DNA of 64,000 bases from a virus (taxonomy: Duplodnaviria; Caudoviricetes): the IMG/VR virus record IMGVR_UViG_3300020050_014713, positions 1 through 64,000 of that record; one strand, given 5' to 3'. The translations under genes and the position numbers were made by a program. Shown here piece by piece: positions 9,249 to 18,408 of the stretch; the first letter of the stretch is position 1; each line of letters begins with the position of its first letter. The notes beneath the pieces are model-generated. The model saw nothing but the letters and a program-made list of their open reading frames with translations. It was not told the origin of the DNA and made no database searches.

Positions 9249-10183
9249 TTACTTTCCTTAGGTTCTTTTAAACCTTGTTTACTGCCGTATTTACACAGAC
9301 TGAAATAGTCACATTTTCTACCGAACGCAAAACATGAGTCAGGATTCTTTTCAAACCCCGACGACATGCACTGATTGATATTGTACAGGGTATCCTGGTA
9401 TTTTTCAAACACTTTCTGCTCTTTTTCTGCCGGAACAGCATCCACAATAAATTGATAGTTTACTTTACCGCCCTTAATTTTCTTATCAAAAACTAGAAAC
9501 CCTGCCAACTCGCTCTTTACTACGTGATTGTAAGTAGCTAGCTGGTCACTATTACGAACACTATCGTCAGTATAAGCTTTATTAGAAGTTTTATTATCTA
9601 GAACTATTTTGTAAATTTTACCGGCATCAATGGATAGTCCTTCACCTAAAGTTACATCATCTTTTAATAGTTCCTCGCCTTTCATTTGAACAACAAAATC
9701 TACAATAATTTGAAGCTCATCTCCTTCCCCGTTGGGAATTCTAATATCTTGCTGAACTCCTTCAATGGCATGAAACCGCTTCATAATGTTCTGGTATTCG
9801 GCTAAGTAAAGATTACCTTTAGCAATAAGGCTATTACATGCCAAAGAATTAAACTGTTCTAGGTTGTTATCCCGCAAATCTCTAATAAAATCTTTCTGTT
9901 TAGCTTGGCTAAGCTTAGATTCTGAGTATTGCAAAAGTTCTAAATCAATATCAACCATACTATACTCAGTTTCATCGTGAGTTAGTAGCATTTTTGCACA
10001 TAGAACACTTTGTGCGGATTCTAAAACATCACCTTCAAGAATACTATTTGCAGCTTCATCAAAAGCTTTGCCAAAAGATAAAGCCGACCCTACTTTTTCT
10101 GGATATAGCTTATCAACATATCTGTATTCAAACTTTTTTGGGCAAGAAATAAATGTTTCACACTTACTATGACTGATCTTCAT
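9245..10183 (-). CDS. PD-(D/E)XK exonuclease, RecB/Cas4-like
   Basis: ISHS...CP.K.EYRY, VLDNKTS, QLATY, C-terminal C...C.....C; start at MKIS. Confidence 0.85.
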   Translation of the reverse strand: MKISHSKCETFISCPKKFEYRYVDKLYPEKVGSALSFGKAFDEAANSILEGDVLESAQSVLCAKMLLTHDETEYSMVDIDLELLQYSESKLSQAKQKDFIRDLRDNNLEQFNSLACNSLIAKGNLYLAEYQNIMKRFHAIEGVQQDIRIPNGEGDELQIIVDFVVQMKGEELLKDDVTLGEGLSIDAGKIYKIVLDNKTSNKAYTDDSVRNSDQLATYNHVVKSELAGFLVFDKKIKGGKVNYQFIVDAVPAEKEQKVFEKYQDTLYNINQCMSSGFEKNPDSCFAFGRKCDYFSLCKYGSKQGLKEPKESK

Positions 10184-10313
10184 TAGCCTCTTCTTTCTTT
10201 TTAGCCAGTACATTTCTATTGTAGTAGAACATTGCTACTAGTGCAAGTAGCAGTCCACCTGGTACCAATAATACCAGCAGGGAATATTTAAAAATAGCGC
10301 GCAATTGCTTCAT
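10167..10313 (-). CDS. small single-TM membrane protein (48 aa, not in ORF track)
   Basis: MKQLRAIFKYSLLVLLVPGGLLLALVAMFYYNRNVLAKKKEEANEDQS fills the gap between two genes. Confidence 0.6.
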   Translation of the reverse strand: MKQLRAIFKYSLLVLLVPGGLLLALVAMFYYNRNVLAKKKEEANEDQS

Positions 10314-10779
10314 AGTATACTTTTTGTTTCTTTTTGTTGGACGTATTATATCTTAGGTACCAGCGTTTTTCCTTCCCACGATACATGTTTTTAAAATCTC
10401 TTAAAACTTTAGCACTAGCCCTAACACTATAAACAGAATTGGTAAGAAGCCTTTTTTTACCAAATCCATAAGCTTTAGCTGTCCTATGATGCACCTGACC
10501 TATTCCAAAGTCTGTAGGTTTTCCCCCGGTAAGTCCTACGGCACCCACCTGGTACTGGCTTTCTCGGGCTAGGATAGCCATATAAAGCCGTTTAGGAAGC
10601 TTATACACCTGACAAGCATAAGCGATGTAGCCACTAAGATTCTTGTAATATACTTGTTCTTTCTTAGACTTAGGTTCCCTACTATGCTGTTTTAAATTAT
10701 ACAGCATCTGTTTGTCAATTGCAAAACAAGTTTTACAAGTTACAATTAAAAATAGGATTAATATAACACTTCGAATCAT
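10288..10779 (-). CDS. lytic transglycosylase (SLT domain) with N-terminal signal or anchor
   Basis: AILARES catalytic Glu, DFGIGQV, RYN; hydrophobic N-terminus. Confidence 0.85.
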   Translation of the reverse strand: MIRSVILILFLIVTCKTCFAIDKQMLYNLKQHSREPKSKKEQVYYKNLSGYIAYACQVYKLPKRLYMAILARESQYQVGAVGLTGGKPTDFGIGQVHHRTAKAYGFGKKRLLTNSVYSVRASAKVLRDFKNMYRGKEKRWYLRYNTSNKKKQKVYYEAIARYF

Positions 10780-10780
10780 A

Positions 10781-11053
10781 CTAATACTCTTCTACTTTAG
10801 ATAGATTTATATTCTTTAATGTAATCTTATGTATATTTTCTTGCTTAAAAATAGATTTGCCGGAAATATGATGTGGCAAACTCATTAGAATTTCCAAAAT
10901 CCAATGTTCATTTGGTTCATATTCTTCGTTCCAACTAACATGTTCAAATTCACAATCAATTTCGCCAGCAGTTGAATGAATAGTATATTCAATACTATCA
11001 ACTCGAAATACCCGTTTTGGTTTATTCGATGATTTAAATAACTTAGATAACAT
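10781..11053 (-). CDS. hypothetical protein
   Basis: Start at MLSKLF preceded by AGGAG. Confidence 0.6.
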   Translation of the reverse strand: MLSKLFKSSNKPKRVFRVDSIEYTIHSTAGEIDCEFEHVSWNEEYEPNEHWILEILMSLPHHISGKSIFKQENIHKITLKNINLSKVEEY

Positions 11054-11107
11054 TCTCTCTCCTTTACCCAACAATGAGGCAAACAAAAAACACAACAATG
11101 GCAACAA

Positions 11108-11290
11108 TCATTGAATACCTCCATTAATCGTTTTCAAAACTTTACATACGTCTTCAAAGTCTTGTCGTTCATTTTCAGGCATAATAAAAGGGACATTGTC
11201 TTTTGTAATAGTTGGTTTAAGGTCGTTGTTTAATGTAACCTCAATCCAATAACCATTATTCATTTCATATGTGAATTCTATGCTATTCAT
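11108..11290 (-). CDS. hypothetical protein
   Basis: Co-oriented, packed. Confidence 0.6.
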   Translation of the reverse strand: MNSIEFTYEMNNGYWIEVTLNNDLKPTITKDNVPFIMPENERQDFEDVCKVLKTINGGIQ

Positions 11291-11513
11291 AGTAGTACCT
11301 GCCGGTATTATGCTTATTTAGATGAATCTCGTGGTCTATGGATTCTAGTTGGTCAGGAACAAATTCTGGCTTTAGTTCCCAGATAACATAATGTTCGCAA
11401 TAGAAACAGGTTTCCCCATCCAATGCTAACTTAGTTGGCTTATAAACCCTACTTGGTTTATGCAAATTTGTACCTTTTTCACAGTCGCACATTGGCGTAG
11501 CTCTTTTAGTCAT
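11283..11513 (-). CDS. small Cys-rich (zinc-finger-like) protein
   Basis: CDC...CFYC; ATGA overlap with the upstream gene. Confidence 0.6.
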   Translation of the reverse strand: MTKRATPMCDCEKGTNLHKPSRVYKPTKLALDGETCFYCEHYVIWELKPEFVPDQLESIDHEIHLNKHNTGRYYYE

Positions 11514-12067
11514 TGAATACTCCATTCTGACTCGGGGTTAACCCGGTAAGTTGTTTGATACTTGTTTCTATATTCCAAACTAATCACATTTTGCTTCCTA
11601 AGCTTAACAATGTAATTTTTAAGGGATCTATGAGAAATGCTCATCTGATCTGCCAGGTCTACTTGAGTACCAGTAGGGTTGCGTTTAAAGAAATTCACAA
11701 TGTAATAGGCAATGGGTCTAAGCATAGCTTCTTTACCGCTCATCACTTTTACTTTTTTAACCCTTGCCTTTTTAAGTTGCATTTCTTGAATTTTAAAGTG
11801 ATTCAAAATTTTATTCAAAGTATCAACGCAATTAGCATCTGTTTGAAATTCTTTAAGTATTGCAATAATTCGGGTTTGGCAGGCAAAGGAAGAGTATCTT
11901 TCTACATTTTCCAACAAAGCTTTAAGCTCTGCGTGCAACTCCGCATTAGCTTCCTTATGTGCGGTAGCATAGCCGTGGAACATGGTTTCCCACCTAAGCT
12001 TGTTATCAATGTCATTTTCCGGACAATTGCCAAATTTCTTAGAAAACGACTGTTTCAAATCTCGCAT
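11510..12067 (-). CDS. protein with C-terminal winged HTH
   Basis: TQVDLADQMSISHRSLKNYIVKLRKQNVI. Confidence 0.7.
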   Translation of the reverse strand: MRDLKQSFSKKFGNCPENDIDNKLRWETMFHGYATAHKEANAELHAELKALLENVERYSSFACQTRIIAILKEFQTDANCVDTLNKILNHFKIQEMQLKKARVKKVKVMSGKEAMLRPIAYYIVNFFKRNPTGTQVDLADQMSISHRSLKNYIVKLRKQNVISLEYRNKYQTTYRVNPESEWSIQ

Positions 12068-12069
12068 AA

Positions 12070-12465
12070 CTATACCCTCTCAATTTCGACGGTTTTAATA
12101 TTACAAACCGGGACTACTGTCCCAGTGGCTTTACACTGATATCTGCCGTCTCTAATCAATGCATCTGCTACCTTACGAGCACGTTGTTCAGAAGTCAATT
12201 CAATTTCCCACCCAAAGCTTCCATCAATAATATCCCTGTATGGATCTACTGGGTCCGAGTAAAACACTGCACCATCTACACAATTCACCTTTAATCTATA
12301 TTTGGGCAACAAAGCTTGGGTTGTAGCCCATTCAAGGTTTCTAGCAGCAAGTGAGTCATTTCTAATCCGGGTTTGTCTTGATTCTATTAAAAAACAAATC
12401 AATAAAAGTGTAGCCACAAACCCAAGTGCTGAACAAAAAACAATGGCTTCCACAATTACCTCCAA
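12070..12465 (-). CDS. hypothetical protein with N-terminal TM segment
   Basis: GGAGG RBS; hydrophobic residues 1-27. Confidence 0.65.
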   Translation of the reverse strand: MEVIVEAIVFCSALGFVATLLLICFLIESRQTRIRNDSLAARNLEWATTQALLPKYRLKVNCVDGAVFYSDPVDPYRDIIDGSFGWEIELTSEQRARKVADALIRDGRYQCKATGTVVPVCNIKTVEIERV

Positions 12466-12561
12466 TACCTTTTAAAAAAACCCTTTATTCTATCCCAATA
12501 GTACCAAGTGAAAACACCAGTTATAAACACAACTGTGCAAATCCTGCCTATGAAATAGTAC

Positions 12562-12589
12562 TTGACAAAAACATAAATCATGGTATAAT
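12562..12589 (+). promoter_or_regulatory. consensus sigma70 promoter, antisense to the early genes
   Basis: TTGACA-N16-TATAAT with extended -10 TG. Confidence 0.5.
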
Positions 12590-12647
12590 AAAACCATAGA
12601 AGTAAGAGTTTAGGACCAACAGCATAAGAAAATGCATCTTAGAAGTC

Positions 12648-13010
12648 TTAGTCCAAGAGAGATAGCAGCTCTTCCTTGGAACTATGAGCAGAAAGGAATT
12701 TGTTATCCGCCATAGCTATGTCCCCAGTTACAAACTTCTTTACTGTCATAAAATCCGAGTAAATACTTTGCAGTTGTTCTTTAGTGGCACCATGTATAAT
12801 GGATACCTTAAGAGCTTCATCAACGGCATTAGTTTGGCTAATAGCGGCTAACAGAGTTAGGTCAAGGAACTGCAGTTGTTTCTCAGCCTCCTTTGTTATT
12901 ACCGAATCCAGCTTATGAAGTTTAAGATGAGAGATAAGATTTTGCATAATTCTGGGAGTGTTCTTAAGCTTTGAGTTCATAACCTTCCTTGTTATAATAA
13001 ACACTAACAC
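12648..13010 (-). CDS. hypothetical protein
   Basis: Co-oriented ORF. Confidence 0.6.
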   Translation of the reverse strand: MLVFIITRKVMNSKLKNTPRIMQNLISHLKLHKLDSVITKEAEKQLQFLDLTLLAAISQTNAVDEALKVSIIHGATKEQLQSIYSDFMTVKKFVTGDIAMADNKFLSAHSSKEELLSLLD

Positions 13011-13041
13011 CTACTGAAAAAACTTACTGTTCCGAAAATTG

Positions 13042-13329
13042 CTAATCCTCACCCCTATCGCCTAGACTATCACAAGCTTTACTAAAAGCGTTTAAAGCCT
13101 CATTGACGTGGTTGCCACATCCAGTAGGCATCTTACCTAGGTACTTGAGGTGAATGGTGCAGGAAGGGCTAATAGACACCTTCCAATAGGCATACATACC
13201 GCTAGTGCTGCTAGTATATTCAAATACCAGGTTAACAGCTTGGACACATGCAACTTGAGCAGATTCAATAGCTTTATTTAATAGGTTATTGTCAATTTCT
13301 TTAAGGTCCGAGTATTTAGCCCAGGTCAT
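13042..13329 (-). CDS. hypothetical protein
   Basis: ATGA overlap with upstream gene. Confidence 0.65.
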   Translation of the reverse strand: MTWAKYSDLKEIDNNLLNKAIESAQVACVQAVNLVFEYTSSTSGMYAYWKVSISPSCTIHLKYLGKMPTGCGNHVNEALNAFSKACDSLGDRGED

Positions 13330-13658
13330 TCTAGTACTCCTGCTTTAATGGTGTATAATACGTTTAGGACACGTTCTTTAGGAGTTTCTCCGGCTTGTGC
13401 CCAATACCAGTTTTGAATTTCACGTGCTTCATTCATATTAAAATATCCATGCGCACCATCATTTACTGCTAAAACGTGTATACCATATTTGTCAAATAAT
13501 GCATCTAAAGCTTTACCTTCGGGAGTTACAGTAAAATGTCTAAACCCACAATGCCCCATAGCGCAATAAGCATTACCGTTAACATATTTAAAACTAGTCC
13601 AATAAATATCTGGAATAGCTTCAAACTTGTTAATGAAATAATCTACATTATATTTCAT
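13326..13658 (-). CDS. hypothetical protein
   Basis: Co-oriented, packed. Confidence 0.65.
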   Translation of the reverse strand: MKYNVDYFINKFEAIPDIYWTSFKYVNGNAYCAMGHCGFRHFTVTPEGKALDALFDKYGIHVLAVNDGAHGYFNMNEAREIQNWYWAQAGETPKERVLNVLYTIKAGVLE

Positions 13659-13681
13659 ATAAGCCTTTGTTAAGGAATGTA

Positions 13682-14449
13682 TTAGGCGGCTACTGGAAGG
13701 TAATTTAGAGCAAGGTCAAACAAATTACTATTGATAGATTCATCGGCGGTAATGGAGCGTACAGCGGCTAGCTTACGTGTCTTAATATGCCCAGTGGCTA
13801 CGTCTTTAAGGGATACCACTACGCCGCCCCTAATTAGCGCCTCTTGGGTACGTTGGAACACGGTATAAAGATCATTAGGTTCATCCTCTTGACGCTTAAT
13901 TACTGGCATAGTAAAGCCTTCTAAGACGCGCTCATTATTACTAAGCTTACTAGCCCTCATTTCTACGGCTTTTTGCTCAAGTTCTTTAATGTTAACGCTT
14001 GTCATTTGGACGCTTTGCATAGCCTTAATTACGTTCCTAAGCTTTTCTGCTTGTGCCACAATGCGCTCTAAAGCTTCTTCTACTTGAGCAGGCACTGACT
14101 TACCAATGTGCTTAATGGTGTAACTCTCAAAAGTTTCTCCTACCACTGCCCCGTTAGAACATACTAGCCGAAAAAACCCTAGTGAAAGTTTCAAGGGAGT
14201 AGTACCGTCGTGGCTATTGATGAGAACAAGTTGCAAGCGAGTGTCGCCAACTTTTTGCAAGGTAGTTTCATTAGATAGCCTAACTGTATGTTTTTGATAC
14301 CCTTGCTTTGATTGTTTACGTACTTTATTAGCTTTAAAACTATCCACCACATAGCCTTTAGCTTCCAATTGGGACACAATATCAGCGGTTTTAACAAGTT
14401 GGTAGCGATTGGTAAGGGTTTCTAGCTTTTGATCAGCGGTATTAAGCAT
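13682..14449 (-). CDS. DUF932/DUF945-like phage protein
   Basis: RYQLVKT, LVLINSHDG, GFFRLVCSNG, Y.IKH.G, DLYTVFQRTQE. Confidence 0.8.
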   Translation of the reverse strand: MLNTADQKLETLTNRYQLVKTADIVSQLEAKGYVVDSFKANKVRKQSKQGYQKHTVRLSNETTLQKVGDTRLQLVLINSHDGTTPLKLSLGFFRLVCSNGAVVGETFESYTIKHIGKSVPAQVEEALERIVAQAEKLRNVIKAMQSVQMTSVNIKELEQKAVEMRASKLSNNERVLEGFTMPVIKRQEDEPNDLYTVFQRTQEALIRGGVVVSLKDVATGHIKTRKLAAVRSITADESINSNLFDLALNYLPVAA

Positions 14450-14492
14450 TTTAGTTCCTTTTTTTGCCTCTAATAATTAAAGGCATTAAAGC

Positions 14493-14520
14493 ACATTAGC
14501 ACAATAAAAACTTACGTCAA
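14493..14520 (-). promoter_or_regulatory. early sigma70-type promoter
   Basis: TTGACG-N16-TAATGT, with TG extension. Confidence 0.6.
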
Positions 14521-14533
14521 GCATCCTTTAAAC

Positions 14534-14755
14534 TTATTGTTTAAGTCCTTTGTAACTCCTATACTCCATATACATAGTGATAGCATCTGGACCTAGGCGC
14601 TTTGCAATGTCTTTCAATTCTTGTTCTGACCTTTCGCCGTTCCAATAAACTCTTGGATCGTCAGTCATGGGATAGTGCCAATCAAAGGACTCTAGTTTAG
14701 ATTGAAAGTCTTCCAAGTCTTTGTTATAAGCTAGGTTTAATTTAGTTGCTTTCAT
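14534..14755 (-). CDS. hypothetical protein
   Basis: FDWHY.MTDD.R pattern seen in small phage proteins. Confidence 0.65.
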   Translation of the reverse strand: MKATKLNLAYNKDLEDFQSKLESFDWHYPMTDDPRVYWNGERSEQELKDIAKRLGPDAITMYMEYRSYKGLKQ

Positions 14756-14776
14756 GTTTAAAACTTCCTTTAAAGA

Positions 14777-14968
14777 TTAAAGTAGGAATTTAGTTATGTA
14801 AAAAAATGCTGACCAAACACAACTTATTACAATAGCATTAGCGGTAAAGTTTAGGTTATCAACTTTATGAACTAGGAAAAATCCTAGTCGGGCAATGTTA
14901 ACAATAATTAAATACACTCCTGAAAAAAACAAGAAAGTTACTAAAAATTGATGCATATAACCTCTCAA
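14777..14968 (-). CDS. small two-TM membrane protein
   Basis: Two hydrophobic stretches. Confidence 0.55.
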   Translation of the reverse strand: MRGYMHQFLVTFLFFSGVYLIIVNIARLGFFLVHKVDNLNFTANAIVISCVWSAFFYITKFLL

Positions 14969-15004
14969 AAACTTAAATGTTATTTTAGATGTTAATATAT
15001 ATCT

Positions 15005-15706
15005 TTAATGAACATAAAACTTAGGATTAATGCTTTGACCGTTAACTTTCACTACCAAAGCCATGCTACCAGCGCCAGTTTGGGCATAGTCTACCCTAAA
15101 GGCATGAATACCGCGACGAAGGTATTTGTTGCCAGCTTTAGTAGTAATGCCGTGACTGTTGTCATTGTCTACTACCAAACTACCGCCTACGTAAATGAGA
15201 GACGCATCGTCGCTACTGGATTGAAAGTTGTAGTAGTCTGACTCCAAAACGACAATGTAACCAGTACAGCGGACAAGGTACAGGTTAACAAAGGAAGCTC
15301 TAAAAACTTCCGGAAGCACGTTAATCCCAGTAGTTCCTGCAGCGTTAGGTTGATTGAAGGAAGTTTCCCCCTCACCCTTATACAGGAAAGTATAGGCGCT
15401 TGTAATGCCGGTGAGAGTAGGGACGCCGCTAGTTCCAGTAGGTTGAATCCTATGCCCGCCAGTGACGTTATAAACAGTGCAAGACAAGCCTTTAGTAAGC
15501 GGTGATTGTGCCAAACCTTCGCGGTAGCTGTTTTCATCGTCCACTAGGTAGTCAATATCCTCCTGGACTTCGTCTACTGGCAAACTTTCCTCGACAACTA
15601 CGGGAGCACTAGCTCCTGGTGCCCCAGGTGCCCCGTCTTTACCGCAACCGGCTAGAAATGCAATCAAAGGAAGCAAGGGAATAAGTTGAATAGCCATTTT
15701 AAACAT
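15005..15706 (-). CDS. lipoprotein with short Gly-X-Y stretch and PA14 domain
   Basis: Lipobox LAGC; GKDGAPGAPGA; YNFQSSSDDASLIYVGGSLVVDNDNSHG...GIHAFRVDY. Confidence 0.8.
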   Translation of the reverse strand: MFKMAIQLIPLLPLIAFLAGCGKDGAPGAPGASAPVVVEESLPVDEVQEDIDYLVDDENSYREGLAQSPLTKGLSCTVYNVTGGHRIQPTGTSGVPTLTGITSAYTFLYKGEGETSFNQPNAAGTTGINVLPEVFRASFVNLYLVRCTGYIVVLESDYYNFQSSSDDASLIYVGGSLVVDNDNSHGITTKAGNKYLRRGIHAFRVDYAQTGAGSMALVVKVNGQSINPKFYVH

Positions 15707-15716
15707 AAAACCTCCG

Positions 15717-15908
15717 TTAGTTAATGCTAGACTTGATAGCAATTGAAATTAATTTATAAATTTTAGTTTCTTGCTCTAATAGCCAAGAAATTTTTTGGTT
15801 ACTGGTACCAGTTTCTACTTTATCCATAGCTTTATGAACAAGGTTAAGCGATGTGTACAATGATTGCAGCTTATTCTTATTTTTGTGTAACTTACTAATA
15901 GACAGCAT
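15717..15908 (-). CDS. hypothetical protein
   Basis: Downstream of a promoter. Confidence 0.55.
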   Translation of the reverse strand: MLSISKLHKNKNKLQSLYTSLNLVHKAMDKVETGTSNQKISWLLEQETKIYKLISIAIKSSIN

Positions 15909-15936
15909 ATGCCCTCGCTTGTTATTCTCTTATCAA

Positions 15937-15964
15937 AGAATAGCACTGTAGAAAATTATAGCAA
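15937..15964 (-). promoter_or_regulatory. early sigma70-type promoter
   Basis: TTGCTA-N16-TATTCT, with TG extension. Confidence 0.55.
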
Positions 15965-15975
15965 GTAAAAAGATG

Positions 15976-17037
15976 TTACTTAACTAGCTGCAATTGAGAA
16001 GTTATGTATTTGTCCAAAACAGGAGCTACCTGATTTAGAGAGAACGTGTGGCAACCAACTTTAATGATAGTATCGTTGTCCATTTTAATAATGGAGTCGA
16101 GAGTAAAATCACCTACTTGCATTCCAATATAGGCACTGCCAGACACGATAGCTTTGTAAAATCTTAAGCCTTGTTCTTTAGGTACCCTAGCGCCACTAGT
16201 AGTCTGGATTTCATTGCTGGTAATGCGAACAAGATCATGCTTTAAATCTAAAATGCGCTTAAGGTCCCAAGGAAGGGGAGTTACCATGTTACGATCGGAT
16301 AGCCAAAACCCAAGACTTTCCTTGTATTTAGCAATTTTATCAGCGTTCTTTTTATTAAAATTTTCGCGGGCTAGCCGTTGCCTTTCAGCAATGATAGCAG
16401 GACTATTCAGCTCTTGATAACGCTTTAGCCGTCGTTCCAGGTGCCAGCGGATAGCGTCCCTAGTGTCTTGATCAACTATAACAGGTTTATGCCCAATAAG
16501 ATCAAAATAGGCGTTAGCTTCCTTAATTGATCTATCAAGGCTACTAATACCCCACTTAATACAGTATTTACTACTAACCTTAACTGTCGAAAAAAGACCT
16601 GTAATAACTGTATAAATACGATTGTAAAAATAATTGATGTTATCAATATCAATAAGTTGGGAAGGATTAGGTACGTGGAATACAGGCATTAAACCGTCAA
16701 GGGCACGCTGGATATGATTTAGCTGCATACCAGTAGCCATGCTGTATCGATGGCTATTGATTAGAGCAACGCGCTTGCCGTTTTTAAGGGTAAAGATCTT
16801 AGCGGCTAGATAGTGGCTACCGTAGCTATAGATGCTATCGCCGTGAAAATACAAGCTATCTTTAGAGTTACGCCCATAGTCCTGAGTTTGTTGCGCCCAA
16901 ACGTGGCACAACTGGGCATTAGACAACACTTGCTTAACACGTTTTTTCTTACCATCCACAACTTTATAAGCTGGTTCAACGTCCGATACCCTAACGTTGC
17001 GGTTTTTAGTTGCCGAATATTGCATAAAGCTAGGCAT
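15976..17037 (-). CDS. hypothetical early protein
   Basis: Long ORF; start MPSF with GGAG RBS. Confidence 0.75.
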   Translation of the reverse strand: MPSFMQYSATKNRNVRVSDVEPAYKVVDGKKKRVKQVLSNAQLCHVWAQQTQDYGRNSKDSLYFHGDSIYSYGSHYLAAKIFTLKNGKRVALINSHRYSMATGMQLNHIQRALDGLMPVFHVPNPSQLIDIDNINYFYNRIYTVITGLFSTVKVSSKYCIKWGISSLDRSIKEANAYFDLIGHKPVIVDQDTRDAIRWHLERRLKRYQELNSPAIIAERQRLARENFNKKNADKIAKYKESLGFWLSDRNMVTPLPWDLKRILDLKHDLVRITSNEIQTTSGARVPKEQGLRFYKAIVSGSAYIGMQVGDFTLDSIIKMDNDTIIKVGCHTFSLNQVAPVLDKYITSQLQLVK

Positions 17038-17065
17038 AAAAACTCCTATAGTCAAGTATTAATAA

Positions 17066-17094
17066 AGGATACAATAGTAACCCAAATAAGTCAA
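17066..17094 (-). promoter_or_regulatory. early sigma70-type promoter
   Basis: TTGACT-N17-TATCCT. Confidence 0.65.
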
Positions 17095-17098
17095 TTAT

Positions 17099-17599
17099 TT
17101 AAAGTTCCATTGCATCTATTTCAGACTTAACAGCATCGTAGTCCCTACCCAATGCTTTTTTAAGTCTATAGTAGTTCTCAATACATGCATCATAGGTAGC
17201 TTTAGCTTTGATGCTATCGTTATCATAACCGCATTCATTGCACCAATCACTGAAACATTGTTCATGTGCACTAGAGTCAAGGAATAAACAATGCAACACG
17301 TCAGTTAATGTAGGAGGCTTAACTAAAGCTGGTACTTGAAATATCTTAATATTCCCAACAATATTACTTTTAGTAACGGGTTTAGTAGCTCTAATCGTAT
17401 AGCCTTCTTCGCGAATTTTCCTAATAGCACTATCCGTAAAAGCATTACCTTTTTTATCTTCTAAAAGCTTAACCCAACCCATTCCCACGGTATAGTCAAA
17501 ATCTTGACCATTGATCCGAACATTAAATTTCATGCCGTCCCAATCGTCGCGCTTAGTGTGTCCAATTAGGATAGCCTCACACTTAATTTTGTCTAGCAT
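17099..17599 (-). CDS. hypothetical early protein
   Basis: C-terminal F.DWC.E.GYD.DSIKA...Y.AC pattern recurrent in phage early proteins. Confidence 0.7.
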   Translation of the reverse strand: MLDKIKCEAILIGHTKRDDWDGMKFNVRINGQDFDYTVGMGWVKLLEDKKGNAFTDSAIRKIREEGYTIRATKPVTKSNIVGNIKIFQVPALVKPPTLTDVLHCLFLDSSAHEQCFSDWCNECGYDNDSIKAKATYDACIENYYRLKKALGRDYDAVKSEIDAMEL

Positions 17600-17626
17600 A
17601 ATGCCTCACTAGTTGTTCTTTACAGC

Positions 17627-17655
17627 AGGATACACTAGAAAATAGAACTAGTCAA
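17627..17655 (-). promoter_or_regulatory. early sigma70-type promoter
   Basis: TTGACT-N17-TATCCT. Confidence 0.65.
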
Positions 17656-17658
17656 GTA

Positions 17659-17856
17659 CTACCTGACACTACCTTTAATTTTCCAAGCAAAACCGGGAAT
17701 GGTACCAATTGACTCCAGCCGTTCACTAGTACAGCTAGGGCATACATTAAGAGGGGTTAGAATACCGCCTAGGCTAACAAATAGCTGTTTTGCATCACCA
17801 TTGGAACATTGTTTAAACTGACACTTAACAATAGTTGGCGGAACAAGAGTAAGCAT
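17659..17856 (-). CDS. small Cys-containing protein
   Basis: GGAGG RBS; CxxxxC and CPSC. Confidence 0.6.
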   Translation of the reverse strand: MLTLVPPTIVKCQFKQCSNGDAKQLFVSLGGILTPLNVCPSCTSERLESIGTIPGFAWKIKGSVR

Positions 17857-17867
17857 ATAGCCTCCTA

Positions 17868-18200
17868 TTAAGTAAACAAGCGAATAGCGGCTTCTTTAAG
17901 AATAGTTTTTTGTAAGGCTAGGGTAGAACTTGGATCAAGATTGTCATGATAGCGTTGAAATTCCATAAGTTTATATACATCTTGGAAAGGCATCAAAGGT
18001 CTAAGATCTGGATATTCTGTTAAAACAGATACAATAAAATTAGCATTTTTTTGTGCATCGTGACCATCGGGGATAAAAAGTCCAATAGCGCAACGTTGTC
18101 CCTTGCTGTTTAAATAGGAACAATTAGGCGCACCGCTATTAGAAATAGCCTTTCCAGTAAACTTCTCATCAATGGTGCGACAAATATCGTCAATATGCAT
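17868..18200 (-). CDS. hypothetical protein
   Basis: C.Y...G.RCAIG..IP...QR.HD pattern; GGAG RBS. Confidence 0.7.
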   Translation of the reverse strand: MHIDDICRTIDEKFTGKAISNSGAPNCSYLNSKGQRCAIGLFIPDGHDAQKNANFIVSVLTEYPDLRPLMPFQDVYKLMEFQRYHDNLDPSSTLALQKTILKEAAIRLFT

Positions 18201-18209
18201 GGGTAACTC

Positions 18210-18392
18210 CTAAATCTTTTTATTAAGGATTTCTAGCACGTTATCCAAGTTCTTAATCATTTCGTCAGTATTCCAATTAGCATGAGTAAGCATATCTTTT
18301 TGTTCAATGAGAAACTCTTTCAATAGCTCCAAAGGTCCAATAGCTGATAAACGAAGGTCATCCACATGCTGGTTAACTCTATCCAGATTCAT
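18210..18392 (-). CDS. hypothetical protein
   Basis: Start MNLD with GGAGGT RBS. Confidence 0.6.
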   Translation of the reverse strand: MNLDRVNQHVDDLRLSAIGPLELLKEFLIEQKDMLTHANWNTDEMIKNLDNVLEILNKKI

Positions 18393-18408
18393 ATTACCTC
18401 CTAAACTA

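Noticed and set aside
11555-12139. 194-aa plus-strand ORF and other opposite-strand ORFs (e.g. 5460, 6260, 7553, 16813, 27303, 54619, 58589, 61679)
   Set aside because: Antisense shadows of well-supported genes, with no RBS or motifs.
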